From assembly GCA_043806035.1 (NCBI GenBank), contig JAZDHK010000023.1, positions 29,659 to 93,658 on the forward strand: a stretch of DNA of 64,000 bases, written 5' to 3'. The translations under genes were made by a program, and so were the position numbers. Shown here in pieces: positions 19,401 through 28,703 of the stretch. A model generated the notes under the pieces. That model made no database searches. It was given only the letters and a program-made list of their open reading frames with translations, and was not told the origin of the DNA. The stretch's first letter is position 1, and each line of letters begins with the position of its first letter. The stretch is from an archaeon (GTDB lineage: Archaea; Nanobdellota; Nanobdellia; Woesearchaeales; UBA9642).

Positions 19401-20144
19401 ATGGGCGTGCGCAAGCCTGCAGTCGCTGGCACCTTCTATCCTGGCAGTGAAGAGCTTCTGCGCAGCATGATACATGAGTTTATGCAGGCCTGCAAGAAAA
19501 TGAAATTCTCGCCAAAAGCGCTCATTGTTCCACATGCGGGATATGTGTATTCTGGAATAGTGGCAGCGGCAGGCTATCACCTCCTCCAGGGAAAAACCTA
19601 CGAACGAGTCATCCTGCTCGGTCCCAGCCACCGACTCCCTTTCTACGGAGCAGCATTCGACAGCAGCCAAAGTTGGGAGACCCCTCTCGGCAACGTCCCC
19701 GTCAGCAACTTTTACGCGGAACACATCAAGATCCTTCCCCAGGCGCATGTGAAAGAGCACAGCATCGAGGTACAGCTGCCCTTCCTCCAGTACGTGCTCA
19801 AAGACTTCAGCATAGCTCCCATCGCCATGGGCAGCTCAGCACCGATACAGGACGACTTGCAGAATGCACTCTCCGACAAGACCTTGTTCGTCGTGAGTTC
19901 AGACCTGAGCCATTACCATGACTATGACACGGCAAAAAGCATGGATGGGCAGACCATAGACAAAATACGCAAGCTCACCTGTGTGAATTACGAAGAGGCA
20001 TGCGGCGCGGATGGCATCAACGCACTCATAGCCCTCGCTAAAAAAAACAAGTGGACTCCTGCACTGGTCGAGTACAAGAACTCAGGAGACACTGCAGGAG
20101 ACAAGAAACAGGTGGTGGGCTATGCCTGCATCGCATTCTCGTGA
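19401..20144 (+). CDS. amrB: AmmeMemoRadiSam protein B (MEMO1 family)
   Basis: RKPAVAGTFYP, VPHAGYVYSG, EHSIEVQLPFLQ, SSDLSHY. Confidence 0.95.
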   Translation: MGVRKPAVAGTFYPGSEELLRSMIHEFMQACKKMKFSPKALIVPHAGYVYSGIVAAAGYHLLQGKTYERVILLGPSHRLPFYGAAFDSSQSWETPLGNVPVSNFYAEHIKILPQAHVKEHSIEVQLPFLQYVLKDFSIAPIAMGSSAPIQDDLQNALSDKTLFVVSSDLSHYHDYDTAKSMDGQTIDKIRKLTCVNYEEACGADGINALIALAKKNKWTPALVEYKNSGDTAGDKKQVVGYACIAFS

Positions 20145-20679
20145 ACACCAGAAAAGCATGCTTGACCTTGCACGAAGAGCAATCATGGCCTATCCGAATA
20201 ATGAACAGTTGAGGCTGCTCTATCAGGAACGGCACGATTTCGGCAGAGGTGGCGTGTTCGTGAGTGTCTACGTCGACAACGACTTGCGCGGATGCATCGG
20301 CAATCTCGAGCCTCTATCGTTGCAGGAAGGCATCATAGAAAACGCTATTCACGCAGCATACCACGACACAAGATTTTCACCCATAACAAAAAAAGAATTG
20401 CCCAGCATGAATGTGCACATCAATCTGCTCACCGAGCCAAAACCATACGCGTACAAGACGACGAAAGAGCTCCTGGAACGGATCAAGGGGGAAGGCGTCA
20501 TCATCGAACGTAGAGGCAGGCGAGCGACCTTCCTGCCGAGTGTCTGGGAACAACTCCCTCTTTCTGAAGAATTCTTGAGTCATTTGTGCATGAAAGCAGG
20601 GCTGCCTGCACAGGATTGGAAGGAAAAAGGGTTGAGCGTCATGCTCTACCAGAGCGAGGAGTTCAGCGAACGTCCTTGA
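20122..20679 (+). CDS. amrA: AmmeMemoRadiSam protein A (AMMECR1 family)
   Basis: LRGCIG, D.RF.P, RATFLPSVW, LCMKAGL. Confidence 0.95.
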   Translation: MPASHSREHQKSMLDLARRAIMAYPNNEQLRLLYQERHDFGRGGVFVSVYVDNDLRGCIGNLEPLSLQEGIIENAIHAAYHDTRFSPITKKELPSMNVHINLLTEPKPYAYKTTKELLERIKGEGVIIERRGRRATFLPSVWEQLPLSEEFLSHLCMKAGLPAQDWKEKGLSVMLYQSEEFSERP

Positions 20680-21331
20680 CTATTCGTTCCAACAAAGTTC
20701 GTCCTTGCTCGCCTAAGGGAATTTTCACTCGTCGCTCGTCATAGGGCACTTCTTGCTCTGTGAAAGGAAAGGTGAGCGGAATCTTCCATCGCTGCTGGTA
20801 TTTCTTGTTCACATGCATGCCTATCTGGAATGCCAGAAGATCTGCATAGTTGATGAGGGGAATGCTCTTGTCCCCGCCCGCATGCAGTTCGATGTTCTGC
20901 AGAGGAATCTTGAAGTTCAGGGCGTGCAAGTATTCTTTGATGAGCTGCTTGCTCACATATTCCTTGAGATAGAACATGTCGATGAACAGCACGGTCTTTT
21001 GTGAGTCATAGCCATTGACGGTGACGAGATGTGCTATCGCTGCATGCTCGATGAGCTGTCTGCTGAACCTTCCTTCATTGGCACGCATCCAATGATACGT
21101 TTGCAATCCTTTCATCTCATCGGGCCGAGGGAGCCGCGGAGCAGTCTCCAAAGAGCTGCCTGCACTCATGTGTGCATAAAATTCGGTAAGATGATCCCGC
21201 GCTTTTGGCAAGGCAGCATATCCCTTGCTTTTTGTCAGTGTCTTGTCTTCAGTCACTGCAGCGACGACAGTGAGACTGTTCGTTCCGCTTCTGAGCGTGC
21301 TCTCATCTATGCCGATGTACGTAAACGTCAT
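20663..21331 (-). CDS. RNase H-fold protein (RNase HII/DUF3800-like)
   Basis: YIGIDES, VLFID, GGDKSIPLINYADLLA; ATGA-coupled to the upstream nuclease-like gene. Confidence 0.6.
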   Translation of the reverse strand: MTFTYIGIDESTLRSGTNSLTVVAAVTEDKTLTKSKGYAALPKARDHLTEFYAHMSAGSSLETAPRLPRPDEMKGLQTYHWMRANEGRFSRQLIEHAAIAHLVTVNGYDSQKTVLFIDMFYLKEYVSKQLIKEYLHALNFKIPLQNIELHAGGDKSIPLINYADLLAFQIGMHVNKKYQQRWKIPLTFPFTEQEVPYDERRVKIPLGEQGRTLLERIVKDVR

Positions 21332-21699
21332 GATTTCACGAGCTGGCTGAGGCAATACTGTCCGTACTGTTCTGTTCCCGGTGTGGACTTGTAATGCACG
21401 ATCTTGAGACTGTCTGGCGTGCCGGTAACGTAGAATGCATGCACTTCATCATACGTATTGTGCAAGTATTTGATTGCTTTGTTGAGCTGCTCTTTTGCCT
21501 TCCATCGTTTATGATTGCTGCATTTCACTTCAAATACTAACGCTTTCCGTTCTGTGGTGCCGAGAAGGTCCATCTCTCCAGAAAGAGATGTCGTATTCGG
21601 AGGGTAGTTGAGCTTGTTGAGGATGCTTGTGCACAATCCCGATTGCTCAAGCAGCTGCTCGAGGCTGCTGACGAGGAGATCGTGCATGAACGTGTACAA
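21328..21699 (-). CDS. PD-(D/E)XK nuclease-like protein (start may be 21687)
   Basis: GEMDLL...LVFEVK...KAKEQL. Confidence 0.65.
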   Translation of the reverse strand: MYTFMHDLLVSSLEQLLEQSGLCTSILNKLNYPPNTTSLSGEMDLLGTTERKALVFEVKCSNHKRWKAKEQLNKAIKYLHNTYDEVHAFYVTGTPDSLKIVHYKSTPGTEQYGQYCLSQLVKS

Positions 21700-21733
21700 T
21701 GTGCTTTCTCTTTATAATTGTTGCGCTGCGTTG

Positions 21734-21856
21734 GGCCTTGTTGAACGTCTTCAGTCCACGCTCCGTACCGCAAGGAAAACAGCTGCGCGCCTCGAGGGCA
21801 ATCGCAATAGCCGTCTGCTCGAATGACTGCGCTAGGTGGACTTTTTCAACAAGGCC
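21734..21856 (-). mobile_element. 123-bp MITE, copy 2 (inverted relative to copy 1)
   Basis: Same 12-bp TIRs; TSD GCTGCGTTG at 21725-21733 and 21857-21865. Confidence 0.93.
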
Positions 21857-21909
21857 GCTGCGTTGTGAATCCGCAAGCTTTTTAAACAAATCGTCAGTTC
21901 TTTCGCTTC

Positions 21910-22080
21910 ATGGTAACCATAAAATGCAGCTCAAGCCACGTCCCTATAACAAATGATTCAGGCAGTGCACGATTCCCCTGCCCCAACTGCGGAAAAACAG
22001 AGATCATACGCAGCCGAAGAGCGCGGGAAGTGGTCATGAAGTACACCTGTCCTGAGTGCGGCTTCGAAGGACCAAACTAG
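21910..22080 (+). CDS. Zn-ribbon RNA-binding protein (DUF1610/HVO_2753-like)
   Basis: Own translation ...FPCPNCG...YTCPECGFEGPN; usual position upstream of aEF-1beta. Confidence 0.88.
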   Translation: MVTIKCSSSHVPITNDSGSARFPCPNCGKTEIIRSRRAREVVMKYTCPECGFEGPN

Positions 22081-22095
22081 AATCTCGGTGAATGT

Positions 22096-22374
22096 ATGGC
22101 AAAGGTTATTATCACACTCAAAATCATGCCAGCAAGTCCAGACACTGATCTGGACAAGCTCGAGCATGAAGTGAAAAAGCACATCGAGCACTTTGCCGGT
22201 GAAGGTGATATGAAAGTTGAGATCAATCCCATCGCCTTCGGCTTGAAAGAGCTCAGGATACTCTTCGTCGCTGACGAATCCAAAGGCGGCACGGACTCCT
22301 TGGAAGAGGAAATCGGCAAATTAGAAGATGTCAATTCTGTCGAAGTCGTCGATGTCAGACGGGCAATAGGCTAA
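22096..22374 (+). CDS. ef1b: Elongation factor 1-beta
   Basis: KIMPASPDTDL, PIAFGLK, VEVVDVRR. Confidence 0.95.
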   Translation: MAKVIITLKIMPASPDTDLDKLEHEVKKHIEHFAGEGDMKVEINPIAFGLKELRILFVADESKGGTDSLEEEIGKLEDVNSVEVVDVRRAIG

Positions 22375-22384
22375 TGCGTTGGGA

Positions 22385-22759
22385 TTATTCTGCGTCTGTA
22401 TCAACACCGTCACGGCCAACGATAACTTCAAACTTTGAAGAAGGTGGACGGGCTGCACTTTCAGTAAGTAGGCTGAGTTCTTTGTGTCCTTGCGGGTCGT
22501 TCTCGGCAAGCACGTGTTCTATTCCTTGTCGTAGCTTTCCATAAAATTCGTGAACGGTCAATTTGTCCGTGTCGGTAATCTTGAATGAGCCCAAGTTCAT
22601 AACATGTTCGACAGGGAAGCTGTGTCCGTGATCGAGACTTTTGTACACGGTAATCCAATTCTCGTTATGATGGTGTGGTCTATAATGATTAGACGCGCCA
22701 AAGCAAGATATCTGAATATAGTATCCGCTGGGAATTCGAATGTCTTCTATGGCCACCAT
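22385..22759 (-). CDS. Hypothetical protein
   Basis: Fills the gap between genes; no family recognised. Confidence 0.5.
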   Translation of the reverse strand: MVAIEDIRIPSGYYIQISCFGASNHYRPHHHNENWITVYKSLDHGHSFPVEHVMNLGSFKITDTDKLTVHEFYGKLRQGIEHVLAENDPQGHKELSLLTESAARPPSSKFEVIVGRDGVDTDAE

Positions 22760-22833
22760 TGATGAGGAGAAACACTCTACCTATTTATGTGTTGTGGTGT
22801 ACGAAAATGCAGTGCGGCATTTCTGCTGTTTAG

Positions 22834-23526
22834 CTATCGACGGAGCATGCTAATAAGCTCTTTTGCTTTTTCTCTCGGGTTTTCTGCTTGCGTAATCGTC
22901 CTCCCCACGAACGCATGCCAGTGAGGAAATGCCTGTGCGTAGGCATGGATTTCTCCGCCCTGCACGCCCAGGCCTGGACTGTACAAGACAGGAGAGTACT
23001 CAGTCAGGAGTTCAGCATATGCAACTGCCCGCACCAGTTTCGTTCCAGGAATGACAAAATCCCGAACACCAAGTTTTGCCGCAAGAGAGAATATCTCTTC
23101 AGGTGCGGAATCCTTGATGTAGCCACCCTGGCTGATAAAATATTTCTGTGCAGTCATGTCCCCACCGACTAAGAGGTGGATGTGTCGTTCCTGAGCTGCC
23201 TTCACCCATGCCTCAAGTGTCACCGGTCCGGACAGAGGGAAAAGAATGACGGCATCGACGCCAAGGATGGAATCCATGAACGGCTCCGCCTGGAACGGTG
23301 TGTCCGTCCCTCCTTTTTGGTGATCGTAGATGATGGGCAGTGCTGTTCTTTCACGAATTTTTGGCAAGAGGCGTTCCATGCCATACCTATTGTTCAGTAC
23401 AGCACCTACCTTGTAACCGCCTATGCCGTGCAGATCGGTTGTTTGCTCGATGCAGCGCAGTGCTTCCTCTTCTGTTCGCTGGTCGAGCGCGGGAATGATG
23501 CTTTGCCTATAGTGTATGAGTGTCAT
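22834..23526 (-). CDS. pyrF: Orotidine-5'-phosphate decarboxylase
   Basis: IPALD, YKVG, DHQKGGTD, SPGLGVQGG, VGRTIT. Confidence 0.85.
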   Translation of the reverse strand: MTLIHYRQSIIPALDQRTEEEALRCIEQTTDLHGIGGYKVGAVLNNRYGMERLLPKIRERTALPIIYDHQKGGTDTPFQAEPFMDSILGVDAVILFPLSGPVTLEAWVKAAQERHIHLLVGGDMTAQKYFISQGGYIKDSAPEEIFSLAAKLGVRDFVIPGTKLVRAVAYAELLTEYSPVLYSPGLGVQGGEIHAYAQAFPHWHAFVGRTITQAENPREKAKELISMLRR

Positions 23527-24622
23527 GGATATGCCTCACGAATTCTGCAGGGCTCTTTTTTGTCTTAACTGCACTGTTCGAGAAGTGCGTCCGCAAAATG
23601 TCGGAATTGAAGAGCACGTCCATCCTTGGCAGTTTCGGGATGAGCTTTTTTTCTGCAAGAACGTGCGTCTCGTAGAATCCGACGATATCTGTACAGTCTC
23701 CCTCCATGCTGGCCAAGAATTTCTTGAGCGCAGCATACTCAGTATTCGCCAGCATGTTCTTCACAAGGTTCTCATTGGAAAGAAAACCAGTCCACAATGG
23801 TCCAGCAATGATGTATGCTTTGCCGCAGCGGCAGGTTTCGTTGTTGCTCTTGCTCGTCTTCATGCTGAGACAGGAACTACAATAGAGGAAATGCTGGTGT
23901 TGTTTCAGAACCGTATCCACTTTCGTGTTGCCTTTCTCGCACTGGAGGAAGACGCGAAAATAATGGTCGGAAAAATAGCTGAAGACAGGTGTTAAGGCTT
24001 TCTCGTGATGCGCGCCCAGGAGTTGTATTTTCCTGATGAGCATTCTCAAGCCGAGTTCATGCCGTAGTTCATTGTTGAGCGGCTCTGCCCAGTATTTCCT
24101 TCGTCCTGTGTTGAGCCGCGCTCCGCATAGTGCTGCCGTGTCCGTTGCCGTCACTGCCAGTATTCCTTTTCGTGCGAGCCTGACGATGGCATTGTCCAAG
24201 AACGGATTGGGGCTGCCGTACGGATCGATGTCAATGTAATCAAAGCCGTTGGATTCGAGCAGGGCGAGATTAGCGTCCCTTTCCTGGACGACGATTCTGT
24301 CATCATTTTCAAACCCGTTCTGGCGCAGCGTCTCTCGCATGCGTTCTGCAAAACCTGGAGAAAGATCATTCGCGACGATGCGCCTGATGATGCTGGGCGA
24401 GAGTTCTTTGAGAAAACGAACAGTTCTCACTCCGGACGCTGCCATGAGGTCCATCATCGACATGTTTTTCTTGCCGAGACTGTTGAGCAGCACGACAGAG
24501 AGATCCCTGTTCTTCTTCATGACGGGGTTGTAGAATGATATGTTTTTTGTTGGGATTGATTGCTGCACTATTTTTACTTGTGCCGTGTTCTCTTCGATGA
24601 CATGCAGGTGTTCTTTTTTCAT
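23507..24622 (-). CDS. trm1: tRNA (guanine26-N2)-dimethyltransferase
   Basis: FYNPVMKKNRDLS, DIDPYGSP, VTATDTAALCG, GPLWTG. Confidence 0.95.
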   Translation of the reverse strand: MKKEHLHVIEENTAQVKIVQQSIPTKNISFYNPVMKKNRDLSVVLLNSLGKKNMSMMDLMAASGVRTVRFLKELSPSIIRRIVANDLSPGFAERMRETLRQNGFENDDRIVVQERDANLALLESNGFDYIDIDPYGSPNPFLDNAIVRLARKGILAVTATDTAALCGARLNTGRRKYWAEPLNNELRHELGLRMLIRKIQLLGAHHEKALTPVFSYFSDHYFRVFLQCEKGNTKVDTVLKQHQHFLYCSSCLSMKTSKSNNETCRCGKAYIIAGPLWTGFLSNENLVKNMLANTEYAALKKFLASMEGDCTDIVGFYETHVLAEKKLIPKLPRMDVLFNSDILRTHFSNSAVKTKKSPAEFVRHIHDTHTL

Positions 24623-24690
24623 GGAGTGGAGTGTATGTGCTTGTTTTATATGCGTTGTGGGCACAGTCGAGAACGCACTTGTTTATTGAT

Positions 24691-24745
24691 ACTACTATTT
24701 AGTGGTTAAAATGGAAAGGTTTAAATAGTAGTAAATCTTACTACT
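24691..24745 (+). promoter_or_regulatory. BRE/TATA flanked by two palindromic operators
   Basis: ACTACT-ATTT-AGTGGT (24691-24706), then GGAAAGGTTTAAATA, then perfect AGTAGTAA-ATC-TTACTACT (24727-24745). Confidence 0.75.
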
Positions 24746-24752
24746 TCTTACG

Positions 24753-24917
24753 ATGAAGATAAAAATGTCCATTTCAGTCGAGGAAAGCACGCTTGAGCAA
24801 GTAGAGCACATCGTGCAGAACAATCGATTCAGGAATAAGAGCCATTTCATCGAAATGGCAATCCAAACATATCTTAAGAAAGGGGGTGATGAACGTGTTC
24901 CGGAAAAAACAGACTGA
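24753..24917 (+). CDS. Ribbon-helix-helix (CopG/Arc/MetJ) protein, 54 aa
   Basis: Own translation MKIKMSISVEESTLEQVEHIVQNNRFRNKSHFIEMAIQTYLKKGG...; paralogue at 61712. Confidence 0.85.
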   Translation: MKIKMSISVEESTLEQVEHIVQNNRFRNKSHFIEMAIQTYLKKGGDERVPEKTD

Positions 24918-26463
24918 CTCGAAAAGACATGTTGAAACATCCCTGACCTTAGATTATCGATCGGCTGTGTGGGGTATTGAACGTATCGTCCTCGACACCA
25001 TTGCAAATCATCTTCCTGCTGACAGCAAAGGCACAAAAGCCGCGGTGAAGATAAAACAGCAAGGAACCTATAGAGATATTTCTCAGTCAGATTTTTCTCA
25101 GCCAGCCGAGGAAGTCGTCTTTGAGGATGACGGCCAAGGCTATGACTCTGGTTTATTGACTGTGCTGCAGTCAACGAAAATGAATGAACTGTGTAGCGTT
25201 GGCCAGTTTGGAGAGGGACTGAAAATGGTGGCAGCAGCTGCGCTCCGTAACAATCTCGACTTAGAATACCGTTCAAGAGATTGGTCTGCACGACCATTCA
25301 TTAAAGAAGAAACTATCGCGGGAACAAGGGTCAAGCGGCTCTGTTTCTCTATTGATAAACGACCCGCCATGCAAGGATCACAGACCATCATACGCAAACC
25401 TTCCCCTGAATTGATGACTGAACTCTCAGTGCTAGAAAGGAAGGCACTGCCTTTTGCAGAATATAAAACACTCTACACAGAGCCAAAAGGAGGAAAAACC
25501 TACCCTGCTCGCATTCTTGAGCTGGCAAAACCTGCTCTTTTCGTGAAAGGAATCCGCATACAAGATAGGCACAGTATTTTCAGTTATGATCTTGGCATCG
25601 AAGACATCACTCCAGATAGATATTTCACTAAAATGGATACCTTGCTTGATGAGATACAGCGTCTTCTGAACGCAACTGACAATCCTGAAGTGATAGAGCG
25701 TGTCTTGGCGAAAGCGGAAGATGAGCCATATGGGGGGTATGATGAATTCCGTGCATTTGAGAGTAGAGAACAAGAAAGGTCAGGTTATTTTTGTGGAATG
25801 TTTCTTGATACTATTGACCCCATTGTGTTACTTAAATCAGTCGGGATGAAAAAAACGTTGTTCAATGCATTGAGTGCATACATCAAAGAACCAATACAGA
25901 CTGAGTCTGTATGGAAGAGGTCATTCACTAAACTGTTCGGCGATAACGCAATCCTGGCATCTGATTGTGATGTGACCAACAAGGATGCTGTCGCATTAGG
26001 ATATATTCCTGTCAAGTTGCACAGAGGCATTGCGCACAAGCTTATCAAAGAAGATGTCCAGAGCGCTGACCAGCTTGAGATCACGAAAGACTATAAGTGG
26101 ATAAGCAAGGATGATCTGACTCCTGAAGAGCGAACAATCTATGATTGTGCAAATGAAATTCAACAAGTTGTGCTTGAGCAACCGGTTCCTGTCGATCTTC
26201 GCGTGTATTCAGGCGTTTACGCCAACACTGGCAGAGAACTCGAATCCAACACGGGCATCTATATGCCTGCAAAACCACGGGACATCATAGGCATTAAGCG
26301 CTCCCAGCTTACCGATCTCGTGAGTTTTGCAGATACGTATCTTCACGAACTCGGACACAAAGTGACTGGCGAGGGAGACTACAGTAGAAGACACACTGCT
26401 TTCTTCACCCGCGCTCTTGCAAAACTCGTTTCTGCTCAACTGGGCAAGCATGCCAATCTTTAA
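24886..26463 (+). CDS. GHKL (Hsp90/MutL-like) ATPase fused to a C-terminal HExxH metallopeptidase-like domain (start may be 24895)
   Basis: DTIANH (N-box-like), EDDGQG (G1), GQFGEGLK (G2), LHELGH near the C-terminus. Confidence 0.7.
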   Translation: MMNVFRKKQTDSKRHVETSLTLDYRSAVWGIERIVLDTIANHLPADSKGTKAAVKIKQQGTYRDISQSDFSQPAEEVVFEDDGQGYDSGLLTVLQSTKMNELCSVGQFGEGLKMVAAAALRNNLDLEYRSRDWSARPFIKEETIAGTRVKRLCFSIDKRPAMQGSQTIIRKPSPELMTELSVLERKALPFAEYKTLYTEPKGGKTYPARILELAKPALFVKGIRIQDRHSIFSYDLGIEDITPDRYFTKMDTLLDEIQRLLNATDNPEVIERVLAKAEDEPYGGYDEFRAFESREQERSGYFCGMFLDTIDPIVLLKSVGMKKTLFNALSAYIKEPIQTESVWKRSFTKLFGDNAILASDCDVTNKDAVALGYIPVKLHRGIAHKLIKEDVQSADQLEITKDYKWISKDDLTPEERTIYDCANEIQQVVLEQPVPVDLRVYSGVYANTGRELESNTGIYMPAKPRDIIGIKRSQLTDLVSFADTYLHELGHKVTGEGDYSRRHTAFFTRALAKLVSAQLGKHANL

Positions 26464-26487
26464 AAACTAGCAGATGTCTCTTCACAC

Positions 26488-28245
26488 ATGGTCGACGCAG
26501 CATGCTTTCGTAGCCCTATCGTCTCTGTGCTTGGTCATGTTGATCATGGCAAGTCCAGTGTCCTTGATGCTATCCGCGGGACGAATATCGTCAAGACGGA
26601 AGCAGGACAAATCACGCAGGCGATAGGCGCAAGCATTATCCCGCTTGACGTCATCATGAAACGCTGCAGCAAGCTCCTCAAAGACAAGCCGTCCTTCTCC
26701 ATTCCTGGATTGCTGTTCATCGACACGCCAGGCCACGCGGCATTCATGGGCATGCGCAAGCGTGGAGGCAACCTTGCTGATATCGCCATTCTCATCGTCG
26801 ACATCAATGAAGGGTTCAAGCCGCAGACGATTGAAAGCATAAAGATACTGCGTTCCCAGAAGACTCCCTTCGTCGTTGCCCTCAACAAGATGGACCTCAT
26901 CGCCAATTATCGAAAGCAAGCAGACCTGCTCATGGATGATATTCAGCAGCAGCGAGCGGACGTACAGCAAACGCTGGACAATAAGCTCTACACGATCGTG
27001 GGACAGTTCTATGAACAGTTCGAGCTGCAAGCAGAACGGTATGATCGGTGTGATTTCACCAAACAAGTTGCCCTCGTCCCGTGCAGCGCAAAGCAGGACA
27101 TAGGCATTGCAGAATTGCTCATGGTGCTTATAGGACTAACGCAGAAATACTTGCAAGAGTCTCTCGCCTTCTCCGCACAAGGCCCCGCCAAGGGCAGTGT
27201 CATGGAAGTCAAGGAATCCCCCGGATTGGGCACGTGCATGAACGTCATACTTTACGATGGCAGCCTCGCCGTCAACGACACCATTGTCATAGGCGGGATA
27301 GACAAGCCGACCGTGACAAAAGTCAGGGCATTGTTCGAGCCCTACCCGCTGCACGAGATGCGGGACAAGAAGAGCAAGTACAAGTCCGTCGAGCATGTCT
27401 GTGCAGCTACGGGCGTGCGCATTGCCGCCGCCCAGGATGTCGATGCCGTCATTGCGGGCATGCCCCTCATGAGCTGCGAAGACACGCCTGAAGCGATAGC
27501 TGAGGCAGAGCAGCAACTGCAAGAGACGTTCGAGGAACTGCCATTGGAGAAAGAGGGCATCATCATCAAGGCGGACACGCTCGGCAGCCTCGAAGCGCTC
27601 GCTGTCCTCTTGAAAGAAAATGCCATTCCCGTACGGGCAGCAACTATCGGTGCTGTTTCCAAAAAAGACATCGCTGACGCAGAATCAGAACAAGAACCAA
27701 CGTTCAGGGTCATTCTCGGCTTCAATGTCAAGGACGAGTCAGGCCTGCAGAGCGTCAAGGTCATCACGAACGATGTCATCTACCGGCTTATCGATGATGT
27801 CGAGCAGTGGCAGCAGTCAGTCAAGGAGAAGGAAGAGGAACGTGCACTCGACTTGATGACCAGACCCTGCAAGCTGGAGGTGCTGCAGAACTGCATCTTC
27901 CGCCAGAGCAATCCTGCCGTCGTCGGTGTGGAGGTGCTCGTTGGCGTTCTGCAGAAAGGCATGCCACTTATGAAGAACGGCCAGCGTCTTTGCATCGTAA
28001 AGAGCATGCAGAAAGAAAAAGAGAATATAGACCGGGCGGAGAAGAAAGACCAAATTGCCATTTCTCTGCCGGACGTGGTGTGCGGCAGGCACCTCTTCGA
28101 AGGCGACGTTTTGTACAGTGACATTCCTGAAGAGCAATTCCGAGAACTCAAAAAATTCAAGAAACATCTAGCGAGAGATGAACTCGATCTTATGAAGGAG
28201 ATTGCGGAATTTCATAGAAAAGACAATCCTGTCTGGGGGATATGA
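26488..28245 (+). CDS. infB: Translation initiation factor aIF5B
   Basis: GHVDHGKS, DTPGH, NKMD, DTLGSLEAL. Confidence 0.97.
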   Translation: MVDAACFRSPIVSVLGHVDHGKSSVLDAIRGTNIVKTEAGQITQAIGASIIPLDVIMKRCSKLLKDKPSFSIPGLLFIDTPGHAAFMGMRKRGGNLADIAILIVDINEGFKPQTIESIKILRSQKTPFVVALNKMDLIANYRKQADLLMDDIQQQRADVQQTLDNKLYTIVGQFYEQFELQAERYDRCDFTKQVALVPCSAKQDIGIAELLMVLIGLTQKYLQESLAFSAQGPAKGSVMEVKESPGLGTCMNVILYDGSLAVNDTIVIGGIDKPTVTKVRALFEPYPLHEMRDKKSKYKSVEHVCAATGVRIAAAQDVDAVIAGMPLMSCEDTPEAIAEAEQQLQETFEELPLEKEGIIIKADTLGSLEALAVLLKENAIPVRAATIGAVSKKDIADAESEQEPTFRVILGFNVKDESGLQSVKVITNDVIYRLIDDVEQWQQSVKEKEEERALDLMTRPCKLEVLQNCIFRQSNPAVVGVEVLVGVLQKGMPLMKNGQRLCIVKSMQKEKENIDRAEKKDQIAISLPDVVCGRHLFEGDVLYSDIPEEQFRELKKFKKHLARDELDLMKEIAEFHRKDNPVWGI

Positions 28246-28703
28246 TGCTGGCACTCAAGCCAATGAACAGCAAAGATGTCAAGCACGTCAAGCAGCTGCT
28301 CAAAGAACAGTTCGGCATAGCTGCACTTCCCGACGGCTTCTTTTTTATCAACAAGGAGCACAAGCTCTACTTTATCAACAGGGACGTTGACCGTGTTGAT
28401 TTTGAGCAGCTCAGGATAGACACGCTTGGCATGTATTTTGGCGAGCTCGAGGAGGATGGCATCAGGCTCAGTATGGATGCCTGCCAGCTGCTCGGCCAAA
28501 ACGCAAGCAAGAATGTTCTTTTACTTACTGCTGGGCAGCTTGAGCACTGGGTGAAAGGAGAGACGATGAACTGGGCATCAGACACAAGAGGATTCGTGCT
28601 TGTTCGTTATGGGAATGATTTTCTCGGCTGTGGAAAGTTGGGCAAGGATAAACTCTACAATTATGTCTCAAAATCACGAAAGCTTAAAGTGCTCAATGCC
28701 TGA
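28242..28703 (+). CDS. NIP7/RsmF C-terminal PUA-like protein
   Basis: LGMYFG, IRLSMD, DFLGCGK, LYNYVSK.R. Confidence 0.7.
   Translation: MMLALKPMNSKDVKHVKQLLKEQFGIAALPDGFFFINKEHKLYFINRDVDRVDFEQLRIDTLGMYFGELEEDGIRLSMDACQLLGQNASKNVLLLTAGQLEHWVKGETMNWASDTRGFVLVRYGNDFLGCGKLGKDKLYNYVSKSRKLKVLNA

Noticed and set aside
21647-21889. 80-aa ORF similar to the IleRS N-terminus
   Set aside because: It is the translation of MITE copy 2, not a paralogue.
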